Below, in pieces: positions 20,488 through 30,748 of a stretch of DNA of 64,000 bases. The DNA comes from Candidatus Oxydemutatoraceae bacterium (GTDB taxonomy: Bacteria; Pseudomonadota; Gammaproteobacteria; Poriferisulfidales; Oxydemutatoraceae). Numbering within the stretch: position 1 is the first letter of the stretch; each line of letters begins with the position of its first letter. The notes beneath the pieces were generated by a model. The model saw nothing but the letters and a program-made list of their open reading frames with translations. It had not been told where the DNA came from and searched no databases. The position numbers and the translations under genes are program-made. Location of the stretch: assembly GCA_965219575.1 (NCBI GenBank), contig OZ244779.1:588769-652768 (forward strand), given 5' to 3'.

Positions 20488-21729
20488 CTATTTTTTATTT
20501 TCAATATTGGGAACATCCATGTCGAATGGAAGCAGTTTCTTCCAAGCCTGGTCTGCTCTAGCTTTCCGTATAAGATTGTTTTGAGGAATAGAAATATAAT
20601 TTGAAGTATGATGCTGTTCTATTTTAGTCAGAGCAATAATTTTTATTGCAGGATTAAAGAATCTAATAGTGTTTATGAAAGAAGAACCTACAGTGTAGAT
20701 CATTTTGACTTTTGCCAATGTTAACATGTCAATCAAAGCATCTTGCCTTTGTTGATGCCCTGCATACGGTTCATGGCGGTGTAGTGATCGAAAGTCCTTA
20801 GACCGTATTATATCTCTGCTAACCACTCTACCGGAAAATGCTTCGTGTATCGCATTGATGAAATCTGCGTTATCCGAACATGCATAGATCTGATAATGGT
20901 CATCTATTACTTTTTTAAGATAATTAATATAGTTATCTATGCTAATTATTCTGTGTTCGTGGGTAACATCGGTTTGACGATAATGTACTCCTACACAGTC
21001 TTCCCTAATATTCTCATTACTCCATTGATCCGCTTGCTGCTGTATTTCCTGCTTGATAGATAGCTTTGAAATTATTTTATATCCGTATTCGCTGGAAATT
21101 TCACACTTAGTGAATTCTTCCCATAGGCTGGGGTATCTCTGTTTTCTATAATTCAGATCCACCAGCGGTTTCTTTAATCGTGTAAAATTCCTCGGATGGC
21201 ATGTTTTTGCATAATTCAAAACAGGATTTTCAAAGAAATTGCTACCACTAGTGATATAAGTATCGGGAAAAGTAAACTTGACATTAATACCTAGTTTTTC
21301 ACACAACCAAGCTACTCCGATTATTCTAGGAAAATAACTTCCTAGCGCAGGACACAGTATTTCTACATAAGCATAATCGGCTAAAGAGGTTTTGCGGTGT
21401 GCAGTATATTGTTTGAAGAAATCCTTATATAAAAAATCATATGCCTCTTTGAGGCGCTCATAATTATATCTAAATTTAAACTCTATTTTTCGAGGGAATC
21501 CATTATTGAAACAAGCAAAAGGATGTCGCATCAAAAACAAGGTGTTCCTAATCAATTGTCTGTGGATTCTTTTATAGCTAGCACCGGAACACTGCTCGGA
21601 AACACAGAAAAAAACATAGGCAATTATTATTCTGGCTTTAAGTATGTGAAAGTAATTAGTGATTTTAGAAAACATTTGCCAAGTACCTGTATAATAACTC
21701 AATTTTTGATATAGCGCATATTTTACCAT
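20488..21729 (-). CDS. Putative fucosyltransferase-like glycosyltransferase (NodZ/GT-B type)
   Basis: GVHYRQTD, ACSD, ALIDMLTL motifs typical of GDP-fucose-binding folds; paralogues at 54656 and 55920. Confidence 0.6.
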   Translation of the reverse strand: MVKYALYQKLSYYTGTWQMFSKITNYFHILKARIIIAYVFFCVSEQCSGASYKRIHRQLIRNTLFLMRHPFACFNNGFPRKIEFKFRYNYERLKEAYDFLYKDFFKQYTAHRKTSLADYAYVEILCPALGSYFPRIIGVAWLCEKLGINVKFTFPDTYITSGSNFFENPVLNYAKTCHPRNFTRLKKPLVDLNYRKQRYPSLWEEFTKCEISSEYGYKIISKLSIKQEIQQQADQWSNENIREDCVGVHYRQTDVTHEHRIISIDNYINYLKKVIDDHYQIYACSDNADFINAIHEAFSGRVVSRDIIRSKDFRSLHRHEPYAGHQQRQDALIDMLTLAKVKMIYTVGSSFINTIRFFNPAIKIIALTKIEQHHTSNYISIPQNNLIRKARADQAWKKLLPFDMDVPNIENKK

Positions 21730-21804
21730 CTTAAGGTAAGGAAACGAATATATACTGATGCATTACGCCGATACGAACATTGTATCTATTCATTGACCAG
21801 ACAT

Positions 21805-22620
21805 TCAACGCTGACAACGCGGACAATAAAAGGTTGAACGTTGTGCGATGCGGATTAGCCGTATCGGTGTTTTACACGATAGACAAGGTTCATCGGCTCG
21901 TTGATAGACATTGAGTGCTTGCTTGAAGTAACCGGGTTGCCCGTCTTCGGCGACAAAATTCCGCAGTGTAGTGCCACCCTCTTTGATGGCGTTTTTTAAT
22001 GTGACACGGACTGCCTCAACTATAGATTCATAACGAATGAGAGAGAGGCGCCCGGCAGAACGCCCGGGATGCACGTGCGCCTCATATAGGGCTTCGTTTG
22101 CATAGATATTGCCGATGCCGACAACAATGCGACTATCCATAAGAAAACTTTTAACGGCAAGTTTACGCCCTCGAGACATCCGGTATAGATACTCACCGTT
22201 GAAGTCCGCACTCAACGGTTCGGGACCGAGAGCTCGCAATAACTTGTGCTGCATCGGGTCTTTTGCCGTCCACAGAATCAAACCGAACTTTCTAGGATCG
22301 CAAAAGCGTAGCACACGGTTATCATTCATGCCGATATCTACATGGTCGTGCGGACCGGCGGTAGATGTTTTATCAAGTATGCGCAGGCTACCCGACATAC
22401 CCAAATGGTAAATCAGGCAACCGGACTCAAGCCTGATTAGCAGATACTTTGCGCGCCGCTCTACCGCCTTAATACAAAGTCCGTTAATTCTTTGTTCCAG
22501 TCCTTTAGGTACTGGATAACGCAGACGCCTTTGACGTACGACGACCTTGTGTATACATCTGTCTATCAAATGCAACGACAAACCTCGCCGCACCGTTTCT
22601 ACTTCGGGAAGTTCGGGCAT
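21805..22620 (-). CDS. mutM: Formamidopyrimidine-DNA glycosylase
   Basis: MPELPEVE start, HLGMSG, GIGNIYANE, C-terminal zinc finger. Confidence 0.97.
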   Translation of the reverse strand: MPELPEVETVRRGLSLHLIDRCIHKVVVRQRRLRYPVPKGLEQRINGLCIKAVERRAKYLLIRLESGCLIYHLGMSGSLRILDKTSTAGPHDHVDIGMNDNRVLRFCDPRKFGLILWTAKDPMQHKLLRALGPEPLSADFNGEYLYRMSRGRKLAVKSFLMDSRIVVGIGNIYANEALYEAHVHPGRSAGRLSLIRYESIVEAVRVTLKNAIKEGGTTLRNFVAEDGQPGYFKQALNVYQRADEPCLSCKTPIRLIRIAQRSTFYCPRCQR

Positions 22621-23558
22621 CACTCATCTATAGGGTCGGATAGAACCATCGCCTCTATTTCCAGGAGTAGTTCGGTACGGCACATCTGTCCTTCGAACAC
22701 TTGTAATTCGTTATCCGAACCTAAATGTTTATCAATCAATGTGGCGATGTTTGCCGATACGCGCTTGTCTACATACAGTTTGATGTGTCGCAATCGGTCA
22801 ATCGGCATTTTGCTATAACGATGTTCCGTTTTGGCCGCTTCGCTCAATAACGAGTTTAGATTATTCACTATCTCGTTTAGTTGTGCGTCTGCATCACCCT
22901 CGTGCAGGCTCGTATGACCTACGATTGCAGCGGTGCCGGAAATATAAAGATGGTTTTGATCACCCCATTGTTTTAGCGTTGCGCGTGCAAACATAGGTGC
23001 CGGTTCTACATAGTGTTTAGGATACAAATGCGGTAAGGCTTGACGAGGATTGTTGACGGCGATACCCGCTTTGCGAGCCGCAATAAAATAGACCACACCG
23101 TAATCCGACCCTGTTCCGATTACAGTCGCTGCACAATAAGAATCTTCTTCGTGCGAGGAAAAAGCCTGCGCCCTTGCATCGCAAAACACTTGATAATCGG
23201 GTGGGTCGGCAAGTTGTGGCAGATAGTGCCAAACCCTCAACAACGAATAATGCTCCGAGTTTAATAGTTGCACTATGTCTTTGTATGTTTCTCGTAAATC
23301 TTCGGCAATACGCTTTTGATCGAGTTCGGCGTGCCCGAATAAGACGGCATCGTTGAAGGCATAAGACAATTTCCCGCGTTTTCCGAGACGAACCGGTTGG
23401 TCGGCATACCAATTCTCAAAAGGCTGTATCTGCCGCAAAGGCATCAAGTTTGTTTTTATAACACCTTCGGGTGCGTATGCTTTCAAGGCAATGCTGGCGA
23501 GGCGGCGTGGATGGTCAAACGACAAGGGTTCTTTTTCAAGCCGTATTTCAAAAGGCAT
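22620..23558 (-). CDS. FkbO/Hyg5-family chorismatase-like protein (XanB2/Rv2949c-like)
   Basis: LLRVWHY, NPRQ..Y, FARAT, LYISGTAAIVGH, CR.ELLLEIEA. Confidence 0.75.
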   Translation of the reverse strand: MPFEIRLEKEPLSFDHPRRLASIALKAYAPEGVIKTNLMPLRQIQPFENWYADQPVRLGKRGKLSYAFNDAVLFGHAELDQKRIAEDLRETYKDIVQLLNSEHYSLLRVWHYLPQLADPPDYQVFCDARAQAFSSHEEDSYCAATVIGTGSDYGVVYFIAARKAGIAVNNPRQALPHLYPKHYVEPAPMFARATLKQWGDQNHLYISGTAAIVGHTSLHEGDADAQLNEIVNNLNSLLSEAAKTEHRYSKMPIDRLRHIKLYVDKRVSANIATLIDKHLGSDNELQVFEGQMCRTELLLEIEAMVLSDPIDE

Positions 23559-23871
23559 GGGACTGTTGAAAATGTACTGTGATTGCAGAAATCCAACCGC
23601 CGTCCGCCATTGAATTTACGATAACCACCAAGCCGTAGGGGCGGACTGGCATGTCCGCCCGTAACGCGTTTGTCGGCACGATTTATACATTCATTCACCC
23701 GATTTATGGAAACCAAAACCAAATGGCGCAAGCGGTTCTGGCTGTGCAGAACGGTACTTTAGGGCGGACATGCTAGTCCACCCTTACGGTGCATGAAATA
23801 CTTTTTCAACGGTCCCACGACACAACCACCTCGTCAGGCTGAGCCTGCCACCCCTCCAAAGGAGGGGAATT
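23559..23871. repeat. TIR-bounded element 23559-23816 plus CCCCTCC..GGAGGGG module
   Basis: GGGACTGTTGAAAA..TTTTCAACGGTCCC with internal REP hairpins. Confidence 0.85.
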
Positions 23872-23883
23872 GACTCGTGTAAA

Positions 23884-24918
23884 TTAAGGACAAGGGTTCG
23901 GAATCCGGTGATGCGTTTTCTCTATTTCTTCCAACACATCCTTCGATAGCTCGACATTTACGCTGTCGATATTGGCTTTGAGCTGTTCCATCGTGGTTGC
24001 ACCGATAATATTGCTGGTCAAAAAAGAGCGCGTATTGACATACGCAAGTGCCATTTGTGCCGGATCCAATCCTGCCTGTTCGGCAATCTTGCAGTAATGC
24101 TCGGTTGCGACTACACCCAAGTCATTGCTATAGCGGCTGAAGAAATCAAACAACGTTAAGCGCGCCTTATCGGGTTTTTTACCGCCCAGATATTTGCCGC
24201 TCAACACACCGAAACCCAAAGGCGAATAAGCCAACAAACCGACTTGTTCGCGATGTGCAATTTCTGCCAGTCCGACTTCGAAGGTACGATTCAATAGACT
24301 GTACGGGTTCTGCACGCTGACTACTTTCGGCCAGTTATGCTGCGATGCAAGATTCAGATAGCGCATCGTTCCCCACGGTGTTTCGTTGGATATCCCCACA
24401 TAGCGCACCTTGCCTGCTTTTACCAAATCGTTTAATGCCTCTAAGGTCTCGGCGATAGGTGTGGAGTCATCGGTTTCTTTGTGTGTATAACCCAAATCAC
24501 CGAAAAAGTTAGTCTTGCGAGACGGCCAGTGGACTTGGTATAAATCGATATAGTCGGTTCCGATACGTTGTAGGCTTTGTTCCAATGCTTCGATGATTTG
24601 ATCGCGTGTCAATTCCGGTCCGCCCCGTATATAACTCTGCATCCCCGGCCCCGATACTTTGGTGGCAATAATCAAGCTCTCTCTATCGGAGTAATCGGCG
24701 AGCCAGCTACCGAAATAATGTTCGGTTAATCCTTGTGTTTCCGCTTTAGGAGGCACCGGATACATCTCGGCTAGGTCTATAAAGTTAACACCTTGTTCAA
24801 CGGCAAAATCCAACTGTCGGTGTGCTTCTTGCTCGGTGTTTTGTTCACCCCATGTCATCGTGCCTAGACAAATCACACTGACCTTAACGGAGGTGTTCGA
24901 GAGTGGGCGATATTCCAT
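23884..24918 (-). CDS. tas: NADP(H)-dependent aldo-keto reductase Tas
   Basis: LGTMTWGEQN, AEMYPVPP, DYIDLYQVHWP, QNPYSLLNR, PNPCP end. Confidence 0.93.
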   Translation of the reverse strand: MEYRPLSNTSVKVSVICLGTMTWGEQNTEQEAHRQLDFAVEQGVNFIDLAEMYPVPPKAETQGLTEHYFGSWLADYSDRESLIIATKVSGPGMQSYIRGGPELTRDQIIEALEQSLQRIGTDYIDLYQVHWPSRKTNFFGDLGYTHKETDDSTPIAETLEALNDLVKAGKVRYVGISNETPWGTMRYLNLASQHNWPKVVSVQNPYSLLNRTFEVGLAEIAHREQVGLLAYSPLGFGVLSGKYLGGKKPDKARLTLFDFFSRYSNDLGVVATEHYCKIAEQAGLDPAQMALAYVNTRSFLTSNIIGATTMEQLKANIDSVNVELSKDVLEEIEKTHHRIPNPCP

Positions 24919-24992
24919 TTTTTTAGCTTCAATAAGAAAGTTGGTGTGTGTGCTATGCTAGTATAACCTTTTACGATGACAATACAAACTAT

Positions 24993-26864
24993 ATGCTTCA
25001 CAATTTACCGATCCTAAAAAGAACAAACAAAGTATTACTAGGACTTTATAAAAACATAACACCTTTTCTAGGCTGGGTCGGTGAATTAAAAAATACGCAA
25101 GTAATCAGAGCCGACTTACTGGCGGGTACAACGGTAGCACTCGTGTTGGTACCCCAATCTATGGCGTACGCACAGCTCGCAGGATTGCCGCCGTATTACG
25201 GTTTGTATGCCTCTTGCCTTCCCGTTGCTATCGCCGCCTTATTCGGTTCTTCGCGCCAGCTGGCGACAGGTCCGGTTGCCGTAGTATCGCTATTAACCGC
25301 ATCTGCGATAGAGCCGTTTGCGGTGAGCGGTGGAGAGGGTTATTTTGTGTATGCGGTGATGTTGGCATTGATGGTCGGCATCGTACAACTGACATTAGGT
25401 ATAGTACGTCTGGGCATGATGGTGGACTTTCTCTCCCATCCGGTGGTCACCGGCTTCACCAACGCTGCGGCGATTATTATTGCAACCTCTCAACTCAACA
25501 ATATTTTCGGTGTAGAAGTAGATAGATCCGAATATCACTATCAAGTCGTCTGGGATACGTTAAAAGCTGCATGGGATAATATTCATCTGCCGACTTTATC
25601 GGTCGCGGTAGGTTCTTTGGCATTGATGATAGCACTAAAGAGATACCTGCCTAAATTACCTTATGTTTTGATTGCAGTCATTATAGCTACTTTAGTCTCT
25701 TGGTTGTTTGATTTTGAGGCGAACGGCGGTCGCGTCGTAGGTGACATTCCGCAAGGGTTGCCGTCTTTCGAACTTCCAATCGTCAGCTTGGCGATGATAC
25801 AAGAAATGGTAGGGGTTGCGTTGGCGATTGCGCTCATCGGTTTTATGGAGGCGATATCGATCGCCAAAGCAATGGCGGTTCAAACCAGGCAACGGCTGGA
25901 TGCAGATCAGGAACTCATCGGACAAGGCTTATCCAATATAACCTCCAGCGCGTTTCAAGGTTATGCGGTCTCGGGGTCGTTTTCGCGGTCGGCGGTTAAC
26001 ATAAATACCGGTGCGGTTACCGGTTTTTCCTCTATCGTGACCGCAATACTAATCGGTTTCACACTGCTGTTTCTAACACCTTTGCTATACCACTTGCCGC
26101 AAGCAACCTTGGCGTCGGTGATCATTCTAGCCGTTGCCTCGCTGGTGCGGATCAAGTCGTTCAAAAATATATGGCGCATACAATATCAGGACGGCCTCGT
26201 TGCGATAGTAACTTTTGTGCTTACATTACTCTTTGCGCCCCATCTGGAAAACGGTATTTTAATCGGTGTGGTGCTGTCCTTAGGGCTTTATTTATACCGC
26301 ACGATGCGTCCCGATATTTCTTTACTCGGCAGACACACCGACGGCAGTTTAAGGGATGCCGCTAAATATATCCTCAAAATATGTCCCCAAATCGCGATTG
26401 TGCGCTTCGGTGGTCGTTTATTTTTTGCAAATACGGGTTATTTCCACGACAAAATACTGGAGCGAGTTAGCAACCAGCCGGAACTTAGATTCATTATCAT
26501 AGACGCGGTTTCGATGAACGAAATAGACGCAACGGGACAGGAGATGCTATACGAGTTGGCACGCACTTTGGTGGAACAAGACATAGAATTTTTATTCGCC
26601 CGCCCACCTATGGAAGTGATGAATACTTTTGAACGCAGCGGTTTCGCTAGCGAAGAGTGGGCCGATCATTTCTTTAATTCTCGCGACCAAGCACTGCAAT
26701 ACGCATGGACACAATTAGCCAAACAGAAACGCACTTGCTCGGTGGAAGACTGCAAAGCCAAAGATATGTCGGGTTGTATTTTGAGAAAAAATCGCCGTGT
26801 GCCTAGTCAATTACTAAGAATGATGGGAAGCGGGCTACCCAAACATAGCACCTCGGCTAATTAG
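24993..26864 (+). CDS. SulP family anion permease with STAS domain
   Basis: VPQSMAYAQLAGLPP..GLY, TGPVA, GSFSRSAVN, STAS LFFAN..IDATG. Confidence 0.95.
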   Translation: MLHNLPILKRTNKVLLGLYKNITPFLGWVGELKNTQVIRADLLAGTTVALVLVPQSMAYAQLAGLPPYYGLYASCLPVAIAALFGSSRQLATGPVAVVSLLTASAIEPFAVSGGEGYFVYAVMLALMVGIVQLTLGIVRLGMMVDFLSHPVVTGFTNAAAIIIATSQLNNIFGVEVDRSEYHYQVVWDTLKAAWDNIHLPTLSVAVGSLALMIALKRYLPKLPYVLIAVIIATLVSWLFDFEANGGRVVGDIPQGLPSFELPIVSLAMIQEMVGVALAIALIGFMEAISIAKAMAVQTRQRLDADQELIGQGLSNITSSAFQGYAVSGSFSRSAVNINTGAVTGFSSIVTAILIGFTLLFLTPLLYHLPQATLASVIILAVASLVRIKSFKNIWRIQYQDGLVAIVTFVLTLLFAPHLENGILIGVVLSLGLYLYRTMRPDISLLGRHTDGSLRDAAKYILKICPQIAIVRFGGRLFFANTGYFHDKILERVSNQPELRFIIIDAVSMNEIDATGQEMLYELARTLVEQDIEFLFARPPMEVMNTFERSGFASEEWADHFFNSRDQALQYAWTQLAKQKRTCSVEDCKAKDMSGCILRKNRRVPSQLLRMMGSGLPKHSTSAN

Positions 26865-27568
26865 CGACAATCATTCCCTTTCTGTGGAGGGGAATGTACT
26901 GGCACTTTATATTGCAAATCATGAATGGGGTGATTCAACGCTTTTCCGCGTCGTTCAAATCCGGTAATCGGACGCAGTGGCGGTGTGTCTATTTTTTGAT
27001 AGCGATTACTCTCGGCAATCGCAGTATGCATCTCTTCGGCATAATCATCCCAATCGGTAGCTAGCTGTAACACACCGTCCGGACAGAGTTTATCGGCTAG
27101 CATATCGACAAAACTCGTTTGTATCAGTCTACGCTTATGGTGCCGCTTTTTAGGCCACGGGTCCGGAAACAAAATTAAAATTTTGTTCAGGCTACCGTTC
27201 GTAAAACATTGCGGCACCGCTACTGCCGCATCCTCGCGTATTATCTTTATATTGCTCAGTGCCTTGGTTTTAATTTTATTCAGCAATGCGCCGATCCCGG
27301 GCGGATATACCTCTATCCCTATAAAATCGGTATCGGGGTCGGTTTCCGCCATAGCTGCCAATACTTCGCCGTTCCCGAAACCGATCTCCAACACCCTCGG
27401 AGCCTTGCGCTTGAAAATAGTCTCTAGATCGAGCGGCAAGTGGTTATTGACATCTATGCCGTAATCCTTCCAATATGCCTGCAACGCATATCGTTGCGCT
27501 TTTGTGGCGCGTCCGCCGCGTAACACATAGCTGCGTATCGGATAGTGCAGCGGTGCAGATTTCAACAT
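26861..27568 (-). CDS. trmB: tRNA (guanine-N7)-methyltransferase
   Basis: IRSYVLRGGR, LEIGFGNG, FPDPWPKKRHHKRR, ATDW; start reassigned to ATG 27568. Confidence 0.95.
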   Translation of the reverse strand: MLKSAPLHYPIRSYVLRGGRATKAQRYALQAYWKDYGIDVNNHLPLDLETIFKRKAPRVLEIGFGNGEVLAAMAETDPDTDFIGIEVYPPGIGALLNKIKTKALSNIKIIREDAAVAVPQCFTNGSLNKILILFPDPWPKKRHHKRRLIQTSFVDMLADKLCPDGVLQLATDWDDYAEEMHTAIAESNRYQKIDTPPLRPITGFERRGKALNHPIHDLQYKVPVHSPPQKGNDCR

Positions 27569-27588
27569 TCGGAGTATCGTTTTAGGGC

Positions 27589-28380
27589 TTAGAAAAATAA
27601 TTGCTCGGAGGGCGACGATGCCGATGCAAAACGACGCTTGGGCATGCGCCCGGCGAGCCATGCCATGCGCCCCGACTCCACAGCTTTTTTCATTGCCTTT
27701 GCCATCAATACGGGGTCTTCGGCTTCGGCTATCGCAGTATTCATCAATACACCGTCGCAACCGAGTTCCATTGCGATTGCGGCATCGGAGGCGGTGCCTA
27801 CACCTGCATCTACGATAATCGGTACTTGTGCATTTTCCACGATACTTAAGATATTGTACGGATTGCGTATACCCAAACCCGAACCTATGGGTGCCGCCAA
27901 AGGCATAACGGCAACACAACCGGCTTGCTCGAACTGCTTCGCTGCAATCGGGTCGTCGTTGGTATATACCATCACATCAAAACCTTCTTTGACTAAAACT
28001 TCGGTGGCGTGTAGGGTTTGAACGATATGTGGGAACAAGGTCTCGGAGTCGCCCAAGACTTCCAACTTCACTAATCGATTACCATCCAACAACTCGCGTG
28101 CAAGTCGGCAAGTACGTATTGCGTCCTCGGCTGTGTAACAACCTGCGGTGTTCGGCAATATCGTGTAGCGATCGGGTGGCACGATATCCAGTAGATTGGG
28201 CCGACCCTTTTCTTGACCGACATTCGTGCGCCTGATAGCGACCGTCACAATCTCGACACCCGAGGCTTCTATCGCATCTAAAGTCTCGGAGAAGTCTCGA
28301 TACTTACCGGTGCCGAGTAACAGACGAGAGCCATAGTCTTTGCCGGCAATGTTCAGGGTCGTGTCCGCTCTTTTAGCCAT
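27589..28380 (-). CDS. thiG: Thiazole synthase
   Basis: [40 protein letters not shown]. Confidence 0.97.
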   Translation of the reverse strand: MAKRADTTLNIAGKDYGSRLLLGTGKYRDFSETLDAIEASGVEIVTVAIRRTNVGQEKGRPNLLDIVPPDRYTILPNTAGCYTAEDAIRTCRLARELLDGNRLVKLEVLGDSETLFPHIVQTLHATEVLVKEGFDVMVYTNDDPIAAKQFEQAGCVAVMPLAAPIGSGLGIRNPYNILSIVENAQVPIIVDAGVGTASDAAIAMELGCDGVLMNTAIAEAEDPVLMAKAMKKAVESGRMAWLAGRMPKRRFASASSPSEQLFF

Positions 28381-28394
28381 CGGCTATCGGTGTG

Positions 28395-28607
28395 TCAGCC
28401 GCCGCCGATTGCTTCTATAATCTCAACCCGATCCCCGTCGCATAACTCGGTTTGTTCGTGCCAAGATTGCGGCACAATTTCTCGGTTAATTTCTACCGCG
28501 ATTTTACGCTCGGTCAACGCAAGCATCCGTATTAAAGTGGATACGGTCGTGCCTTTTTTTAAGCTACGATCAGTACCGTTGACTTGAATCCGAACTTGTG
28601 TGTGCAT
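28395..28607 (-). CDS. thiS: Sulfur carrier protein ThiS
   Basis: C-terminal GGG, AVEINREIVP; upstream of thiG. Confidence 0.95.
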   Translation of the reverse strand: MHTQVRIQVNGTDRSLKKGTTVSTLIRMLALTERKIAVEINREIVPQSWHEQTELCDGDRVEIIEAIGGG

Positions 28608-28620
28608 GACGGCACCGCAA

Positions 28621-29088
28621 TTAGATATTTAGGGCGGCTTCCAATACCTCGTTTACGTGATTAATCACTTTAACTTTGCGCCACTCTTGTCTTAAGATAC
28701 CTTTCTCGTCTATCAGGAAAGTACTACGCTCGATGCCGCGCACCTTTTTGCCGAACATACTCTTCTGCTTGATGACATCGAATAGCGTACAGAGTTTTTC
28801 GTCGTTGTCGGATAGAAGGTCAAAAGGAAATTGATACTTGTCCTTAAACTTCTCGTGAGAACCGATGCTGTCGCGCGATACGCCGACGATTTTGATATTG
28901 TGTTTCGCAAAACTATCCGCCTTGCTTTTGAAATCTTTGCTTTCCATAGTGCAACCCGGCGTATTATCTTTAGGGTAGAAATAAATCACAAGTTTAGAAC
29001 CCTTAAAATCCGATAAACTAATTTCATTACCGCCGGTGGCGGACAGCTTAAAATTAGGCACCTTTTTGCCAACTACTACTTTATCCAT
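28621..29088 (-). CDS. bcp: Peroxiredoxin (BCP/PrxQ)
   Basis: YFYPKDNTPGCT. Confidence 0.93.
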   Translation of the reverse strand: MDKVVVGKKVPNFKLSATGGNEISLSDFKGSKLVIYFYPKDNTPGCTMESKDFKSKADSFAKHNIKIVGVSRDSIGSHEKFKDKYQFPFDLLSDNDEKLCTLFDVIKQKSMFGKKVRGIERSTFLIDEKGILRQEWRKVKVINHVNEVLEAALNI

Positions 29089-29132
29089 ATCTCCGCTAAA
29101 TGTTTAATTAATATCAAAAGGAGTATTCTACA

Positions 29133-30245
29133 CTACTCCATAGAAATATCCGGCAAACGATAACTGGTGCTACGTCCGCCGCTCGGATTTTGTATGAAAA
29201 CGCCACGCCCTTTTAGTTCTTGAATATCTCGTAAAGCCGTGTCCGTTGAACACTTAGCCAACTTCGCATACTTGGATGTATTGATATAACCTTGAAAATC
29301 ATCTTCGAGCATACGATTTATAACCAAACGTTGACGCATATTGACCGGCTGTCGATTGATTTTTTCCCAAAGGCGCGCTTTGAATAACACGACATTCAGT
29401 TCATCTTCGGCATTTGCAATCGCACGTTTTAGGCAATCCAAAAACCATCGCATCCAGCCGGTAATATCCAGCGAACCGCGCTGTTGATTTTCAAGTTGCT
29501 TATAATATTCTTTGCGTTCCGACTCTATTTGAGTAGAAAGACTGTAGAAACGGTCGGGGTTTTTGTCTGCACGAGCCAACACCATATCGGCGATGGCTCT
29601 GGCAATACGACCGTTACCATCTTCGAAAGGGTGAATGGTCACAAACCAAAAATGAGCCAAGCCCGCTTTCAAAACTGCATCGGTGGTGGTGTCGTGCTTT
29701 AGCCATTTTATAAAATCTTGCATGTCTTGATTGATTCTGTCCGCCGGCGGTGCTTGAAAATGTATTTTTTCATGTCCTATGGCACCGGAGACAACTTGCA
29801 TCGGCTCCGATTTCTCCGTACGCCAAGCACCCACTGTGATTTTGTGCATCCCGCTTCGCCCGGTCGGAAACAAAGCAGCGTGCCAGTCGAATAAACGACT
29901 TTTGGTTAAAGGTTTAGCGAATTGTCGGGTAGCATCGAGCATTATTTCTACGATACCCTCAACATCGCGACCGGTAGGAACGAGCCCGGCAATATCGATT
30001 CCTAAGCGACGAGCAATAGAGGAACGTACCTCTTCGGGATTTAAATTTTCTCCTTCAATAGCCGAAGACTTCACAACATCCTTGGTGAGTGTATTAAGAT
30101 TTGCCTCCAGTCTTAAATCAAAGCCTAGATTTTTCATTCTACCGAGCAACATCCCCTGACTATGACGTACATCCGCAAGTTTATAAGTCAAAGTGTCGTT
30201 ATCCCAAGTGAAATTCGGCCAGTTGTCGTGTTCGTATATCCACAT
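29133..30245 (-). CDS. Fic family protein (DUF4172 N-terminus, C-terminal HTH)
   Basis: HPFEDGNGRIAR Fic motif; W..FTWD N-terminus; GGRSTSY end. Confidence 0.93.
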   Translation of the reverse strand: MWIYEHDNWPNFTWDNDTLTYKLADVRHSQGMLLGRMKNLGFDLRLEANLNTLTKDVVKSSAIEGENLNPEEVRSSIARRLGIDIAGLVPTGRDVEGIVEIMLDATRQFAKPLTKSRLFDWHAALFPTGRSGMHKITVGAWRTEKSEPMQVVSGAIGHEKIHFQAPPADRINQDMQDFIKWLKHDTTTDAVLKAGLAHFWFVTIHPFEDGNGRIARAIADMVLARADKNPDRFYSLSTQIESERKEYYKQLENQQRGSLDITGWMRWFLDCLKRAIANAEDELNVVLFKARLWEKINRQPVNMRQRLVINRMLEDDFQGYINTSKYAKLAKCSTDTALRDIQELKGRGVFIQNPSGGRSTSYRLPDISME

Positions 30246-30246
30246 A

Positions 30247-30292
30247 ATAATCACCGCAGAATATGCGGTGATTATAGGGTGTAATCACCGCA
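30247..30292. promoter_or_regulatory. Palindromic operator-like site upstream of fic
   Basis: ATAATCACCGCA-n5-TGCGGTGATTAT perfect inverted repeat plus third half-site at 30282-30292. Confidence 0.6.
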
Positions 30293-30303
30293 AAAGCAAG
30301 GTA

Positions 30304-30726
30304 TTCATTCCCCTCCTGTGGAGGGGTGGCCTGTGCAGCCTGACGGGGTGGTTGCAGCGGGGGGGGGGGCTGTTGAAAAAATATCGTTGCACAATCGTAA
30401 CCGCTTGCGCCGTAAATTTACAATAACCACCAAGCCGTAGGGGCAGACCTGTGTGTCTGCCCTTAACTAGCGTCATGCACAAACCTAACCGCTTTGCGCC
30501 AACAAATAATGGTTTCCATAATATTAATGGGTAAACGCGTTAATCGTGCAGACATGATACGGTTTCGGGCGGACATATAAGTCCGCCCCTACGGTTGGTT
30601 TACAAATATTCATGGCGCAAGCGGTTGCAACTGTGCAGAGACAGTACTTTTTCAACAACCCCGTCGTATCTGCATGATTTACACATTCACCCATCCAATT
30701 TATGGAAACCAAAACCATACGGCGCA
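30304..30726. repeat. Mosaic repeat cluster including TIR element about 30366-30662
   Basis: CCCCTCC module, G11 run into TIR, REP doublet, TTTATGGAAACCAAAACC module. Confidence 0.85.
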
Positions 30727-30748
30727 ATATGTCGGTTCCATTGCAGTT

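Noticed and set aside
17852-21729. Integron (tyrosine recombinase next to cassette-like genes)
   Set aside because: The recombinase is XerC in its usual dapF-yigA-xerC operon, lacks the IntI-specific insertion, and I saw no attC sites
27569-27919. Long N-terminal extension of TrmB in the ORF track
   Set aside because: Overlaps thiG in another frame; TrmB homology starts near ATG 27568
30359-30369. G11 tract as a phase-variation switch
   Set aside because: It lies at the TIR edge within a non-coding repeat with no clear link to a promoter or ORF; could be slippage or sequencing error
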